A stretch of 64,000 bases of DNA, from contig OZ024749.1 of assembly GCA_964016885.1 (NCBI GenBank), positions 6,634,001-6,698,000 on the forward strand, read 5' to 3'. This document shows positions 28,129 to 42,533 of the stretch, one piece after another. The position numbers were made by a program, and so were the translations under genes. The notes under the pieces are model-generated. The model did no database searches, was not told the DNA's origin, and saw nothing but the letters and a program-made list of their open reading frames with translations. Source of the DNA: Eledone cirrhosa. Lineage: Eukaryota. Position 1 is the first letter of the stretch, and each line of letters starts with the position of its first letter.

Positions 28129-28625
28129 ATCATCATCATCATCATCAGGTTTAGCGTCCGTGTTCCACGCTTGCATGGGTTTGGACGGGGGTTTTCCCAC
28201 TTGAGGCAAGAGTAGTTGTCTTGCTCGCATAGGACTGTCTGGCGGGTTTTCTACAGTTGGATGCCCTTCCTAACACCAACCACATTCACAGTGTGGGGCT
28301 GGGAGGTTTTTACCGTGTTGCCTACACGGCCACATTACAGCGTGGACTGTCTGGCGGGTTTTCTACAGCTGGATGCCCTTCCTAACACCAACCACATTTA
28401 CAGTGTGGGGCTGGGAGGTTTTTACCGTGTTGCCTACACGGCCACATTTACAGCGTGGACTGTGTGTTTTTTTGTCGTGACACCTACACGATCTCATTTG
28501 TTTCGGCCTGGATGTTGTGGGACCAACATAACTTTACATTGAAAGGGGCGGTGTGGATGGGGTGGAGGTGGTGGGACGGGGGGGGGGGGGGTGTTTTGAT
28601 AGAGATGCCTACTGACTGTAGTAGG
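28129..28625 (-). mobile_element. RTE 3' UTR insertion
   Basis: Matches 59784-60385; (CAT)n tail at left end. Confidence 0.9.
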
Positions 28626-28703
28626 ACAGTCAATTGTAGGACAGTCAATTGTAGGACAGTCAATTTTAAAATTCTCTTAGTGTTGTCTGAAATGTATAGC
28701 CTT

Positions 28704-28797
28704 ACACACGCTGATGAACCGAGGCTAACCCATTTCTTTCAACAAATTACTGGTGAAACATATCTTTGGATTAGTATCTTTGGATTTGTACGTGTGT
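28704..28797 (+). ncRNA. Type I hammerhead ribozyme (second copy, 14-nt duplication in loop III)
   Basis: Same core and helices as 27635-27714. Confidence 0.8.
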
Positions 28798-29164
28798 TAT
28801 ATAGGTATAGAGGTATTTATTTACGCTTTAATTTATATTTTAATTATCGTGTCTATAGTCTGCCTTTCATAGGTTATAGATTCCATACACTGGTGGTTTT
28901 TTCCCTGTATTATTGATAACGCACTATATATCTCTCTCTGGTGTGTTACCTTCTCAACATATTATATTATATATATATATACATATATGAAGACTAAAAT
29001 CCAAAGAAGGGCTCGATAAGGATGATATATATATATAAAATTTTATATAAAACCGTAGAGCAAATAGAGTTTCAGAAGACCCCATTAAGGGTGAAAGCAG
29101 CGATTCTTTGTTTAAACTTTAATATATATATATATACACAATATATATATATATATATATATAC

Positions 29165-29747
29165 ACAAAAGACGACAGCTGTATAAAAAAGTGCAGGGCG
29201 ATCAAAATAGACGGTAGCTACGGAGTAGGCAGACCCAGAAAAACCTGGGACGACTTGATAAATTCCGACCTCACACACTTACACCTCTCTAAGACAATGT
29301 CAGTGCACTGAGATCTTTGGTGCTACGCAGTAATACAGAAGACCCGCCTTGCCTAAGTACAAAGCGAAACCTACAGTCAGTAGGCACCTCATAACCAAAA
29401 TACAACCCATCCCACTACCCCCACCACCATCTACACCACCCCTGTCGATGTAAAGTTATGTTGGTGCCACAACATCCAGTCCGAAACAAATGAGGCCGTG
29501 TATGTGTCACGACAAAAAAAAAAAAACACAGTCCATGCTGTAATGTGGCTGTGTAGGTAGCACGGTAAAAACCTCCCAGTCCACACTGTAAACGTGGTTG
29601 GTGTTAGGGGCATCCAGCCATAGAAAACCCGCCAGAAAGTCCTATGCGAGCAGGACAACCAATCTTGCCTCAAGTGGGACAATTCCCGTCTAAACCTATG
29701 CTAGCGTGGAAGATGGACGTTAAACGATGATGATGATGATGATGATT
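29165..29747 (+). mobile_element. 5'-truncated RTE LINE end
   Basis: DDSCIKKCRAIKIDGSYGVGRPRKTWDDL plus 3' UTR and (GAT)n tail; similar copy at 44820-45210. Confidence 0.9.
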
Positions 29748-30066
29748 ATGTCACACAATACATATATATATATAAAGAGAGTGAAAGGGAGAAAGGGGAG
29801 CGATATAGATGTAGGTATGTATTTCTTCTCCTTCTCACTCTCCATCTTTTATATCTCTTTTTTGATTTTTCCTTCTACATTCTGATGAAAGACCACTCTC
29901 TGAAATGTCAAGACCCTTTTCCTGCAATATTGATTACTTTATTCTTTCCATTTACCTTTGTTCATACACACAGACAGATACATTATATTTACATACACAG
30001 ATATATTATATTTACACACAGATACATTATATTTACACACAGTCATACACACACACAGATACATTA

Positions 30067-30106
<40 letters not shown>

Positions 30107-30319
30107 CACACACACAGATATATTATATATGTATACACACACACACAGGTACAATATATATATACACACGCACAGATATGTTGTATATATATATACACAC
30201 ACACACACACACAGATATATTATATGTATATATATAGAGAGAGAAAGAGAAAGAGAGAGACGGAGAGAGATAGACAGGCAGATATACATACACACACAGA
30301 TATATATATATATATAGAT

Positions 30320-30379
<60 letters not shown>

Positions 30380-30431
30380 TATATAGAGAGAGACTGATAT
30401 ATATACACACACAGAGATATATTACATATAC

Positions 30432-30527
<96 letters not shown>

Positions 30528-30602
30528 GACGTAAAATAAAAAAATATTTTTTTAAAAAAAAATTTAAAAAAAAAAAAAAATTTTTTTCTTACTTAAATTT
30601 TC

Positions 30603-30684
30603 ACTCCAACTAATTAGTTTCTGCAATGGGATAAAGACAGTTACGTAATTCAACTGTCGAGAATTCATTGCGTCATCAGGAAGT
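30603..30684 (-). ncRNA. Type I hammerhead ribozyme
   Basis: Reverse complement of 31616-31697. Confidence 0.75.
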
Positions 30685-31168
30685 CTATTCTCAGTTAAGT
30701 CTCCAGGCAATGCGCGGACACTGGCGGCTCATATAAAAATAATAATAATTCGGTAGATCGAAGAGCTTGCGAGGACTGAATTCTATGTACCGAAATTCTC
30801 ACTGCTTCAAGTCAAATGGCCGATTCTAAAGAATCAATCACGTGACACAGAGGCTAGTTAGAAGGAATGGGATGGTAAGATGACTGACGCCTACTAACAC
30901 CCCAAAAAAAATTTTTTTTTTAGAAGTGGTTTTGACAAGTTTGCTCGACAAATCAGTGATTTGGAGATAAATATAGATAATTTAATATATCAACTAACAT
31001 AAGCGCACAGATGCACGCCCATGCCAGCAAATACACAGGTTATGTCATAGTACCTAGGTGGTTCAATGCAGGAGAATGCAGAACAATAATATAAAGGACG
31101 TAAAATAAAAAAATATTTTTTTTAAAAAAATTTAAAAAAAAAAAAATTTTTTTCTTACTTAAATTTTC

Positions 31169-31250
31169 ACTCCAACTAATTAGTTTCTGCAATGGGATAA
31201 AGACAGTTACGTAATTCAACTGTCGAGAATTCATTGCGTCATCAGGAAGT
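31169..31250 (-). ncRNA. Type I hammerhead ribozyme
   Basis: Reverse complement of 31616-31697. Confidence 0.75.
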
Positions 31251-31615
31251 CTATTCTCAGTTAAGTCTCCAGGCAATGCGCGGACACTGGCGGCTCATAT
31301 ACAAATATGATATATTAAATTATCTATATTTATCTCCAAATCACTGATTTGTCGAGCAAACTTGTCAAAACCACTTCTAAAAAAAAAATTTTTTTTGGGG
31401 TGTTAGTAGGCGTCAGTCATCTTACCATCCCATTCCTTCTAACTAGCCTCTGTGTCACGTGATTGATTCTTTAGAATCGGCCATTTGACTTGAAGCAGTG
31501 AGAATTTCGGTACATAGAATTCAGTCCTCGCAAGCTGTTCGATCTACCGAATTATTATTATTTTTATATGAGCCGCCAGTGTCCGCGCATTGCCTGGAGA
31601 CTTAACTGAGAATAG

Positions 31616-31697
31616 ACTTCCTGATGACGCAATGAATTCTCGACAGTTGAATTACGTAACTGTCTTTATCCCATTGCAGAAACTAATTAGTTGGAGT
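31616..31697 (+). ncRNA. Type I hammerhead ribozyme with extended helix II
   Basis: ACTTC CTGATGA C GCAATG..[GACAGTT-loop-AACTGTC]..CATTGC A GAAAC TAATTA GTT GGAGT; palindromic helix III, GUU site. Confidence 0.75.
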
Positions 31698-31889
31698 GAA
31701 AATTTAAGTAAGAAAAAAATTTTTTTTTTTTTAAATTTTTTTTTAAAAAAATATTTTTTTATTTTACGTCCTTTATATTATTGTTCTGCATTCTCCTGCA
31801 TTGAACCACCTAGGTACTATGACATAACCTGTGTATTTGCTGGCATGGGCGTGCATCTGTGCGCTTATGTTAGTTGATATATTAAATTA

Positions 31890-32056
<167 letters not shown>

Positions 32057-32263
32057 TGACAGAGAGAAAGAGAGGGAGAGAGATATATAGATATATAGAG
32101 AGAGACTGATATACATACAGACACAGAGATATATTATATATAAATATATGTGTGTTATAATAGATTTATTACAAATCAAAAGTTTATCAGCAATTTACAT
32201 TTAAAGGCAGATGATTTGCAGTCTTGGTGTTTGACTTAGGGTTGGGTATTTACTTTATATATC

Positions 32264-32296
<33 letters not shown>

Positions 32297-32297
32297 T

Positions 32298-32330
<33 letters not shown>

Positions 32331-32404
32331 TCATATATATATATATATATTCATATATATATATATTCATATATATATATATATTCATATATATATATAT
32401 ATTC

Positions 32405-32503
<99 letters not shown>

Positions 32504-32963
32504 TATATATCTATATATATCTATATATATATATATATATAGTTATTCCATTTTGCTGGGCCACTGCAGAGCTCTCTGCTACTCAGTACTACATAAGAGA
32601 ACTTCACTGCTACCATAACTAAAACAACCATATTGGTTCTATAGAAAGTTTCCTTTGAGGCTCTTATCAGCTTAGCTGGAACCAAAAAAATATACAACAA
32701 AGAACTCAAAACAATTGCCAATATATATATATATATATATATATGAAATAAATAAAAACAAAAAAAAAATAAAACAAGTACGCAACCCTCTCTCACCACC
32801 CCTAAAAAAGAAAAGCAAAGAAAAACTAGAGGCTGCGGATAAGGTTAGTGAAAAAAAAGAGATGAAAGGGGAATCAAAGAAAAACAATAACAACAACATT
32901 AGTAATAATAGAAATAATAATATTAGTAATAATAGAAATAATAATAGTTGTAATACTAATAAT

Positions 32964-33366
32964 GGTTTCTACTTTAGGCACAAGGCCAGCAATTTTGCGG
33001 TGGGGGAAATTTGATGAAATAGTCCCCCAGTGCATTACTGGTACTTTATTTATCAACCCTGTAAGGATGAAAGGCAAAGCTAACCTCGGCAGGATTGATC
33101 TCAGAAAGTAAAGGGCCGTAACTATGTGCCACTAAGCATGGTGTCTGACGCCGTGCCGATTCTGTCAATCCACCGCCCTCATCATAATACTAATAATGGC
33201 TTTTGATTTAGGCACAAGGTCAACAATTTTGGAGGAGGGCTAAGTCAAATGCACCGACCCCAGTGTATTACTGGTACTTTATTTTATCGACCCCATAAGG
33301 ATGAAATGCAAAACTAGGTGAAATTCGAACTCAGAACGTAAAGGGACATAGCTGTATGCTGTAAGG
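32964..33366 (-). mobile_element. Two Nin-like SINEs (second interrupted by the hAT MITE)
   Basis: Core and B-box as at 3960; SINE head resumes at 34013-34042. Confidence 0.8.
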
Positions 33367-34012
33367 CAGGCACACCAAACATGTGGCCCTTGACAAGCAC
33401 ACCTGCAGCCCACACAAAGGTGTTTACAGCATGAGCAGGTTTTATCTTCGTAATATAAAATAAAAAATAAATTAGTTGTAATGTGTGACCCACAGACAAC
33501 ACATGTGCCCCATGTGGCTCTCAGACAAAACAGGTGGCCCTCAGACAACACGTGGCCCTCAAACACCACATGTGACCCTCAGACAACACATGTGGCCCTC
33601 AGACAACACATGTGACACTCAGACAAAACAGGTGGCCCTCAGACAACACATGTGGCCCTCAGACAACACATGTGACCCTCAGACAACACGTGGCCCTCAG
33701 ACAACACATGTGACACTCAGACAAAACAGGTGGCCCTCAGACAACACATGTGGCCCTCAAACACCACATGTGACCCTCAGACAACACATGTGACCCTCAG
33801 ACAAAACATGTGACACTCAGACAAAACAGGTGGACCTCAGACAACACATGTGGCCCTCAAACACCACATGTGACCCTCAGACAGCACATGTGACACTCAG
33901 ACAAAACAGGTGGCCCTCAGACAACACGTGGCCCTCAAACACCACATGTGGCCCTCAGACAACACATGTGCCCCATGTGGCCCTCGGGGGGACCCTCAGT
34001 TTGATATGCCTG
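33367..34012. mobile_element. hAT-type MITE with internal ~22-bp tandem expansion
   Basis: Imperfect CAGGCA..CAAAC TIRs, 8-bp TSD CTGTAAGG, homologous to 11838-12022. Confidence 0.88.
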
Positions 34013-34580
34013 CTGTAAGGCATGTTCACCGATACTGCCAACAGTAGTAGTAGTAATAATTTTTTTTTTTATTAGCCACACAGGGTTCACATTAAAGAAA
34101 CATTAAAGACAGGACTACACAGTGTGGGGGATGGGGCGTAAAATAGAATTTATAACAGAGACTAAGAAAATAAAGACTTAAAAACAAACATAAATTCCCC
34201 GAAGGTGAAGAAACTCCAAGGACCACTCGTGGAGAAATCCCACAAAAACCACGGTCACCCTCTCCGCTAGGGCAACGTGCTCACTCCCAGTTTCTTTTCT
34301 CCTGTAATCTACAGGTGTATGCTGAAGGCAGGACTAATAATAGTAACAAGACTACTGCAGCATGGCCGCAGCCAAATGGCTGAACCAAGATAAAGAATTC
34401 AAAGAATAACCAACCAAACAAATATATCAGCAGCAGAGGTATATAAAAAAAGGAAAAAAATATTTAAAAAATATTATAAATATATATAATTTATATATAT
34501 ATATATTATTTATATATATATATTTGTTTAATATATATATGTAGAGAGAGAGAGAGAGAGAGAGAGAGAATAATATATAC

Positions 34581-34684
34581 CTCTGTGTTGCTTCATTCGT
34601 TTCTCTTTTAAGTTCAGAAACCTGTGAGCGGCTAACTTCCAGATCGGTTGCCGTTCGGTCTACAGTTTTCTTTAGGGCCTCCAG
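34581..34684 (-). CDS. Probable internal coding exon of a host gene (coiled-coil-like peptide)
   Basis: ATCTTTCAG acceptor and AG|GTATAT donor bound 104 bp reading LEALKKTVDRTATDLEVSRSQVSELKRETNEATQ; unique non-repeat sequence. Confidence 0.55.
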
Positions 34685-34972
34685 CTGAAAGATATGCATA
34701 ACCCTGATTAGAGACACTACTTCAAAGGGAGTCCATATATATTGATATATATTGATATATATCTATATATATTGATACACATATTGATATATAAGCAGGG
34801 AGGGAAAAATGGACGTAAAATGATGATGATGATGATGATGATATATATATATTATATATATATATATATGCATATACGTATTTAATATAAATATATATGC
34901 ATTTATAAAGAATGTGCATAATACATAGATAAATACATGTGTGTAAACATTTGTATATATACTCATACATAA

Positions 34973-35052
<80 letters not shown>

Positions 35053-35146
35053 GTCCATATAGACACACATGCACTCATATACACACATATATATATATAT
35101 ATTTATATATGTCCATATAGACACACATGCACTCATATACACACAC

Positions 35147-35177
<31 letters not shown>

Positions 35178-35260
35178 CATATAGACACACATGCACTCAT
35201 ATACACACACATATATATATATATTTATATATGTCCATATAGACACACATGCACTCATAT

Positions 35261-35293
<33 letters not shown>

Positions 35294-36096
35294 CATATAT
35301 ATATAATATACATACATACATACATATACATACTATATATAACATATATATATAATATACATACATACATATATATACATACTATATATAACATATATAC
35401 ATATACAAATATATATATATATTATACAAAGAAATATTATTGGGTTGGGACCTTCAGATGTTAGTATCTATTGGCAGGGAGTTATCATTCCCCGTGTATA
35501 TTTACGAATTAAAAAACAATGTGTTTATCATGGAAACATATCATGGAAACATATCAAAGAATCGTTTATATAACAAAAAAGATGGAAGACTATATTAGGA
35601 GAGAAAAGAAAATTTCTCAGTGGATATGTGTAAATGTGAGTGTCAGGCTGTAACACACACATATATATATAGAATAAGAAAAATGTGAAGTTTATATATA
35701 TATATTTAAATATATATAAATATATAAATATATAAATATATAATATAAATATATAATATATAAATATATAAATATAAATAAATATATATAAATATATATA
35801 TAAATATATATATATATATAAATATAAATGAAGTAATATATATAAATATATATATATATAGATATGCATATATATATATATACATATGTATATATATATA
35901 TAAAGGAAACATATATATATATATATATATAATAATACATATGTATATATGTATATATCTATGTATATACATATGTATATGTGTATATATATATATATAT
36001 ATGCGTTTATATACACACATATATCTATATATATACATATGTATATATATATATATATATATGCGTTTATATACACACATATATCTATATATATAC

Positions 36097-36135
<39 letters not shown>

Positions 36136-36271
36136 TTTATATACACACATATATCTATATATATACATATGTAAATATATATATATATATATATATATAT
36201 ACCTATATATACACATATATATATATATATATACCTATATATATATATATACCTATATATATATATATACC

Positions 36272-36318
<47 letters not shown>

Positions 36319-36460
36319 TGAAAAATGGAACGGGAACAAAACAGAGAGGTAGTACAATCAAAGGTTTATTAGTTTCACGCTCTTGAGGTGGGGGGATATA
36401 TATATATATAAATGTGTGTGTGTGTGTGTGAGTGTATATATATATATATATATATATAAA

Positions 36461-36520
<60 letters not shown>

Positions 36521-36684
36521 AGTGTGTAAAGAGAGGGAGTGAGATGAGGCAGCAATACCATCATCTCTTTAGTTCTGTTTCACCACTCTAGTGTGGGTTG
36601 GGTACTTCAATAAATATATTTATAGAAACAAATATCAAGGAGAAATGGAAAGACAAGGGAAAGACAGTCACACATACACAAAAG

Positions 36685-36734
<50 letters not shown>

Positions 36735-38137
36735 GTGATGGCTGCCCCTCGTTATCGAGTATGGCCATTGCACGAGAAAAAAAAAAAATTAATAAAAAAA
36801 TTAAATTAAATTAAAAAAATAAATATATATATATATATATATACACACACATATACACACACATACACATATACATACACACATATACATTAACAACAAC
36901 AACAACAACAACAATAATAATAATAACGACAACAACAATAATAATAATTGTTTCTACTTTTGGCACAAGGCCAGTAATTAACCAGTACATTACTGGTACT
37001 CTATTTTATCGACCCCGTAAGGATGAAAGGCAAAGTTAACCTCGGCGGGATTTGAAAGCAGAGTATTGTAAACAGCTTCAGGAAAATTACTGAAGCTTTG
37101 TTTTACACATAGCCACATGGTGGAAAATAGCAACATGTTGGAAATAGCCACATGTTGGAAATAGCCACGTGGTGGGAATATCCACATGGTGGAAAATGGC
37201 CACATGGTGGAAATAGCCACATGGTGGAGATAGCCACATGGTGGAAATATATAAATAAACGACGGTTGGGTTGAATAGACACAAATATCTAATAAATTGG
37301 ATTTATTCAGTAATTATGTTTTCCAGCCTGTGGCCAGTGCAGTGTCCAGTGTTGGACAAATGAGGCCCTGTGCTAGTTAGGTTATGAAGCCCCTTACTTG
37401 GTCCCTGAAGGAGGCAATTCATTATAAAAATGTTTGTTGGCAGGAAGATGGGTCTCCCTGGCCAATGGAGCCCTGTGCTAAAGTACGAAGTACATTTGGT
37501 GGAGCCGGGCCACTGAGGGTAAAGTTCTTGTCATCGCTGGCGCCTTGCCTTACTGACGTTTCAGATGATGCTCATGATGGGGCCTGGTCTCTTTTGGCGC
37601 CTTAGCCCCACCATCACCTGTGACAATGCGGCGAGTATATTGGCTTGCTTCAAACCCTTATGATGTGATGTGCAGCTGATTATCGCACTTTGTGGTGATT
37701 TCCAACACCCTTTTTTTAGTCTATCTTTTATCTCTCTTTTATGCATTTATTTGTGTTTATGAACAACATTATATTTGTAATGTTCTTCTGGACGAATTGC
37801 GAGCAATGTGTAATGCTATTTACGCACTTGTAATGTTATTTATGTAAATATTTCAAACGTATTTGTAATGTTATTTATACAACTGTGAATTTCTGTAAAT
37901 AAACAGATTTTATTTACAGATGCAGACATGACTGTGGGTTAAATTGCTTGTTTTGCAACTGCATAGTTCATAGTTCAGTCTTGTTGCAAGGTAAGGTGGG
38001 CAAGTGTCTTCTACTATAGATTTGCTTTGATCAGAGCCTTGTGGAGTTTGGTAGATAGAAACTACAGGAGCATAACATATGTGTGTCCATGTTGGTCCAT
38101 GTGTGTGTGTGTGCTTGCATGCGTGTGTGTTTGCTTA

Positions 38138-38457
38138 GTACTGGAGTTGGTATGATTGACTAAATCAAGGCAGTGCCATAGCATGGCCACTCTCTAATGA
38201 CTGAAACCAGTAAAACAGTACTGGGGTTGGTATTATTGACTAAATCAAGGCAATGCCCCAGCATGGCCATAGCTTAATGGCTGAAACCAGTAAAACAGTA
38301 CAGGGTTTGGTATTATTGACTAAATCAAGGCAAAGCCCCAGCATGGCCATAGCCTAATGACTGAAACCAGTGAAACAGTACTGGGGTTGATATGATTGAC
38401 TAAATCAAGGCAGTGCCCAAGCATGGCCACTGTCTCATGACTGAGGCCAGTAAAACA
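38138..38457. repeat. 80-bp tandem repeat (4 units) from a SINE-like tail
   Basis: GACTAAATCAAGG at 38158, 38238, 38318, 38398. Confidence 0.9.
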
Positions 38458-38786
38458 ATAATTTCTAGTATTGTCACAAAGGGTTGACCCCCAAGCAAGA
38501 TGGTTGGACAAAATCTTTGAGCTCAGCCGGTCTTGGTCATAATCCAGCTGTATCGGAGACAGTTGCTTGTGACAAGACCTGCTGCAAGGTGTGTTTGAGG
38601 ACTCTGCTCCTATAAAATCCACACACACACACCTCAGGAAAAGAGTAGGCAAAGAAAACAAAGAAGGCACAAGGCCGGCAATTTGGGGACGAGGAAAATT
38701 GATTACCTTGATGAGAGTGCTTAACCTGTATCATATGTTATCGATCCCAGAAGGGATCCAAAGTTAATAGCTGTCAGAAGGTAAAG

Positions 38787-40678
38787 AGCTGGTACAAACA
38801 CATGTCTGATACTCTACCAATACTGCCAACCCACCACCCTAAAAACCAGCTGGTACAAACACATGTTGTCTGATACTCTACCGATACTGCCAACCCACCA
38901 CCCTAAAAACCAGCTGGTACAAACACATGTTGTCTGATACTCTACCGATACTGCCAACCCACCACCCTAAAAACCAGCTGGTACAAACACCACATGTCTG
39001 ATACTCTACCAATACTGCCAACCCACCACCCTAAAAACCAGCTGGTACAAACATCACATGTTGTCTGATACTCTACCGATACTGCCAACCCACCACCCTA
39101 GAAACCAGCTGGTACAAACATCACATGTTGTCTGATACTCTACCGATACTGCCAACCCACCACCCTAGAAACCAGCTGGTACAAACATCACATGTTGTCT
39201 GATACTCTACCGATACTGCCAACCGACCACCCTAAAAACCAGCTGGTACAAACACCACATGTCTGCTACTCTACCGATACTGCCAACCCACCACCCTAGA
39301 AACCAGCTGGTACAAACACCACATGTCTGATACTCTACCGATACTGCCAACCCACCACCCTAGAAACCAGCTGGTACAAACACCACATGTTGTCTGATAC
39401 TCTACCGATACTGCCAACCCACCACCCTAGAAACCAGCTGGTACAAACACCACATGTTGTCTGATACTCTACCGATACTGCCAACCCACCACCCTAGAAA
39501 CCAGCTGGTACAAACACCACATGTTGTCTGATAATCTACCGATACTGCCAACACACCACCCTAGAAACCAGCTGGTACAAACACCACATGTTGTCTGATA
39601 CTCTACCGATACTGCCAACCCACCACCCTAGAAACCAGCTGGTACAAACACCACATGTTGTCTGATACTCTACCGATACTGCCAACCCACCACCCTAGAA
39701 ACCAGCTGGTACAAACACCACATGTTGTCTGATACTCTACCGATACTGCCAACCCACCACCCTAGAAACCAGCTGGTACAAACACCACATGTTGTCTGAT
39801 AATCTACCGATACTGCCAACACACCACCCTAGAAACCAGCTGGTACAAACACCACATGTTGTCTGATACTCTACCGATACTGCCAACCCACCACCCTAGA
39901 AACCAGCTGGTACAAACACCACATGTTGTCTGATACTCTACCGATACTGCGAACCCACCACCCTAGAAACCAGCTGGTACAAACACCACATGTCTGCTAC
40001 TCTACCAATACTGCCAACCGACCACCCTAAAAACCAGCTGGTACAAACACCACATGTCTGCTACTCTACCGATACTGCCAACCCACCACCCTAAAAACCA
40101 GCTGGTACAAACACCACATGTCTGCTACTCTACCGATACTGCCAACCCACCACCCTAAAAACCAGCTGGTACAAACACCACATGTCTGCTACTCTACCGA
40201 TACTGCCAACCCACCACCCTAAAAACCAGCTGGTACAAACACCACATGTCTGCTACTCTACCGATACTGCCAACCCACCACCCTAAAAACCAGCTGGTAC
40301 AAACACCACATGTCTGCTACTCTACCGATACTGCCAACCCACCACCCTAAAAACCAGCTGGTACAAACACCACATGTCTGCTACTCTACCAATACTGCCA
40401 ACCGACCACCCTAAAAACCAGCTGGTACAAACACCACATGTCTGCTACTCTACCAATACAACCAACCCACCACCCTAAAAACCAGCTGGTACAAACACCA
40501 CATGTCTGCTACTCTACCAATACTGCCAACCCACCACCCTAAAAACCAGCTGGTACAAACACCACATGTCTGCTACTCTACCAATACTGCCAACCGACCA
40601 CCCTAAAAACCAGCTGGTACAAACACCACATGTCTGCTACTCTACCAATACAACCAACCCACCACCCTAAAAACCAGC
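38787..40678. repeat. 64-67-bp minisatellite from SINE 5' head (~29 units)
   Basis: Unit contains CTCTACCGATACTGCCAACCCACCACC (SINE A-box, minus); SINE body at 38665-38790. Confidence 0.95.
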
Positions 40679-40980
40679 CAAATCATTTCTGATTTAGGCA
40701 CAAGGCCAGCAATTTTGGGGGAGGGAAAAGTCAATTCAATCAACCCCAGTGCATTACTGGTACTTTATTTTATCGACCCCGCAAGGCAAAACTAACGTTG
40801 GTGATATTTGAACTTAGGATGTAAATTACCGTAACTCTATGCCACAGAACGTTGTCTGACGCTCTACCGATTCTGCCAATCCACCACGCAAGAAACCAAC
40901 AATATTAAAAGATTATGAGTCACAAGACTAAAGTTGTTTCTATTCTAGAGAATCTAGCACTATTTATCTACTCTATTATA

Positions 40981-42533
40981 TTAACCCTTTAATGTTCAAA
41001 CCGGCCAAAACTGGCCAGAATTCTCTACCTCTTCCTGTCGAAACTGGTTACTCAAACTGATATTAAGGTATTGTTCTCAAAATAAATACTTTCAAAATCT
41101 CATAGATTCGATATTATGTGAGATAATTATGTGAGGTAAAGCCTTTACCATGAAAATATAATAGTATATATAGAGTAATGTGAATGTTATGTGAGATATT
41201 ATGTGAAGTAAAGCCTTTACTGTGAAAATACAATAGTATATATAGAGTAATGTGAATGTTATGTGAGATATTATGTGAAGTAAAGCCTTTACTGTGAAAA
41301 TACAATAGTATATATAGAGTAATGTGAATGTTATGTGAGATATTATGTGAGGTAAAGCCTTTACTGTGAAAATACAATAGTATATATAGAGTAATGTGAA
41401 TGTTATGTGAGATATTATGTGAAGTAAAGCCTTTACTGTGAAAATACAATAGTATATATAGAGTAATGTAAATGTTATGTGAGATATTATGTGAGGTAAA
41501 GCCTTTACTGTGAAAATACAATAGTATATATAGAGTAATGTGAATGTTATGTGAGATATTATGTGAGGTAAAGCCTTGACTGTGAAAATACAATAGTATA
41601 TAAAGAGTAATGTGAGATATTATGTGAGGTAAAACCTTTACTGTGAAAATACAATAGTATATATAGAGTAATGTAAATGTTATGTGAGATATTATGTGAG
41701 GTAAAACCTTGACTGTGAAAATACAATAGTATATAAAGAGTAATGTGAGATATTATGTGAGATATTATGTGAGGTAAAACCTTTACTGTGAAAATACAAT
41801 AGTATATTTAGAGTAATGTAAATGTCATGTGAGATATTATGTGAGGTAAAACCTTTACTGTGAAAATACAATAGTATATATAGAGTAATGTAAATGTTAT
41901 GTGAGATATTATGTGAGGTAAAACCTTACTGTGACAATACAATAGTATATATAGAGTAATGTAAATGGTATGTGAGATATTATGTGAGGTAAAGCCTTTA
42001 CTGTGACAATACAATAGTATATATAGAGTAATGTAAATGTTATGCGAGATATTATGTGAGGTAAAGCCTTTACTGTGAAAATACAATAGTATATATAGAG
42101 TAATGTGAATGTTATGTGAGATATTATGTGAGGTAAAGCCTTGACTGTGAAAATACAATAGTATATAAAGAGTAATGTGAGATATTATGTGAGGTAAAAC
42201 CTTTACTGTGAAAATACAATAGTATATATAGAGTAATGTAAATGTTATGTGAGATATTATGTGAGGTAAAGCCTTTACTGTGAATGTACAATAGTATATA
42301 AAGAGTAATGTGAGATATTATGTGAGGTAAAACCTTTACTGTGAAAATACAATAGTATATATAGAGTAATGTAAATGTTATGTGAGATATTATGTGAGGT
42401 AAAACCTTTACTGTGAAAATACAATAGTATATATAGAGTAATGTAAATGTTATGCGAGATATTATGTGAGGTAAAGCCTTTACTGTGAAAATACAATAGT
42501 ATATAAAGAGTAATGTGAATGCTAAAGGGCTAA
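40981..42533 (+). mobile_element. TTAA MITE with 72-bp internal array (~20 units)
   Basis: TTAACCCTTTA start, TAAAGGGCTAA end; array at ~41113-42520. Confidence 0.88.

Larger units (their letters stand above)
27269..28968 (+). mobile_element. ORF-less 540-bp HHR-bearing tandem dimer with 5' inverted segment (retrozyme/Penelope pLTR-like)
   Basis: 27381 repeats at 27921; 27269-27381 is the inverse of ~27858-27970; second unit split by an RTE insertion. Confidence 0.8.

Noticed and set aside
38787-40678. Regular arrays superficially like CRISPR (also 4136, 52760)
   Set aside because: No unique spacers, no cas genes, eukaryotic context; units derive from SINE or MITE sequence
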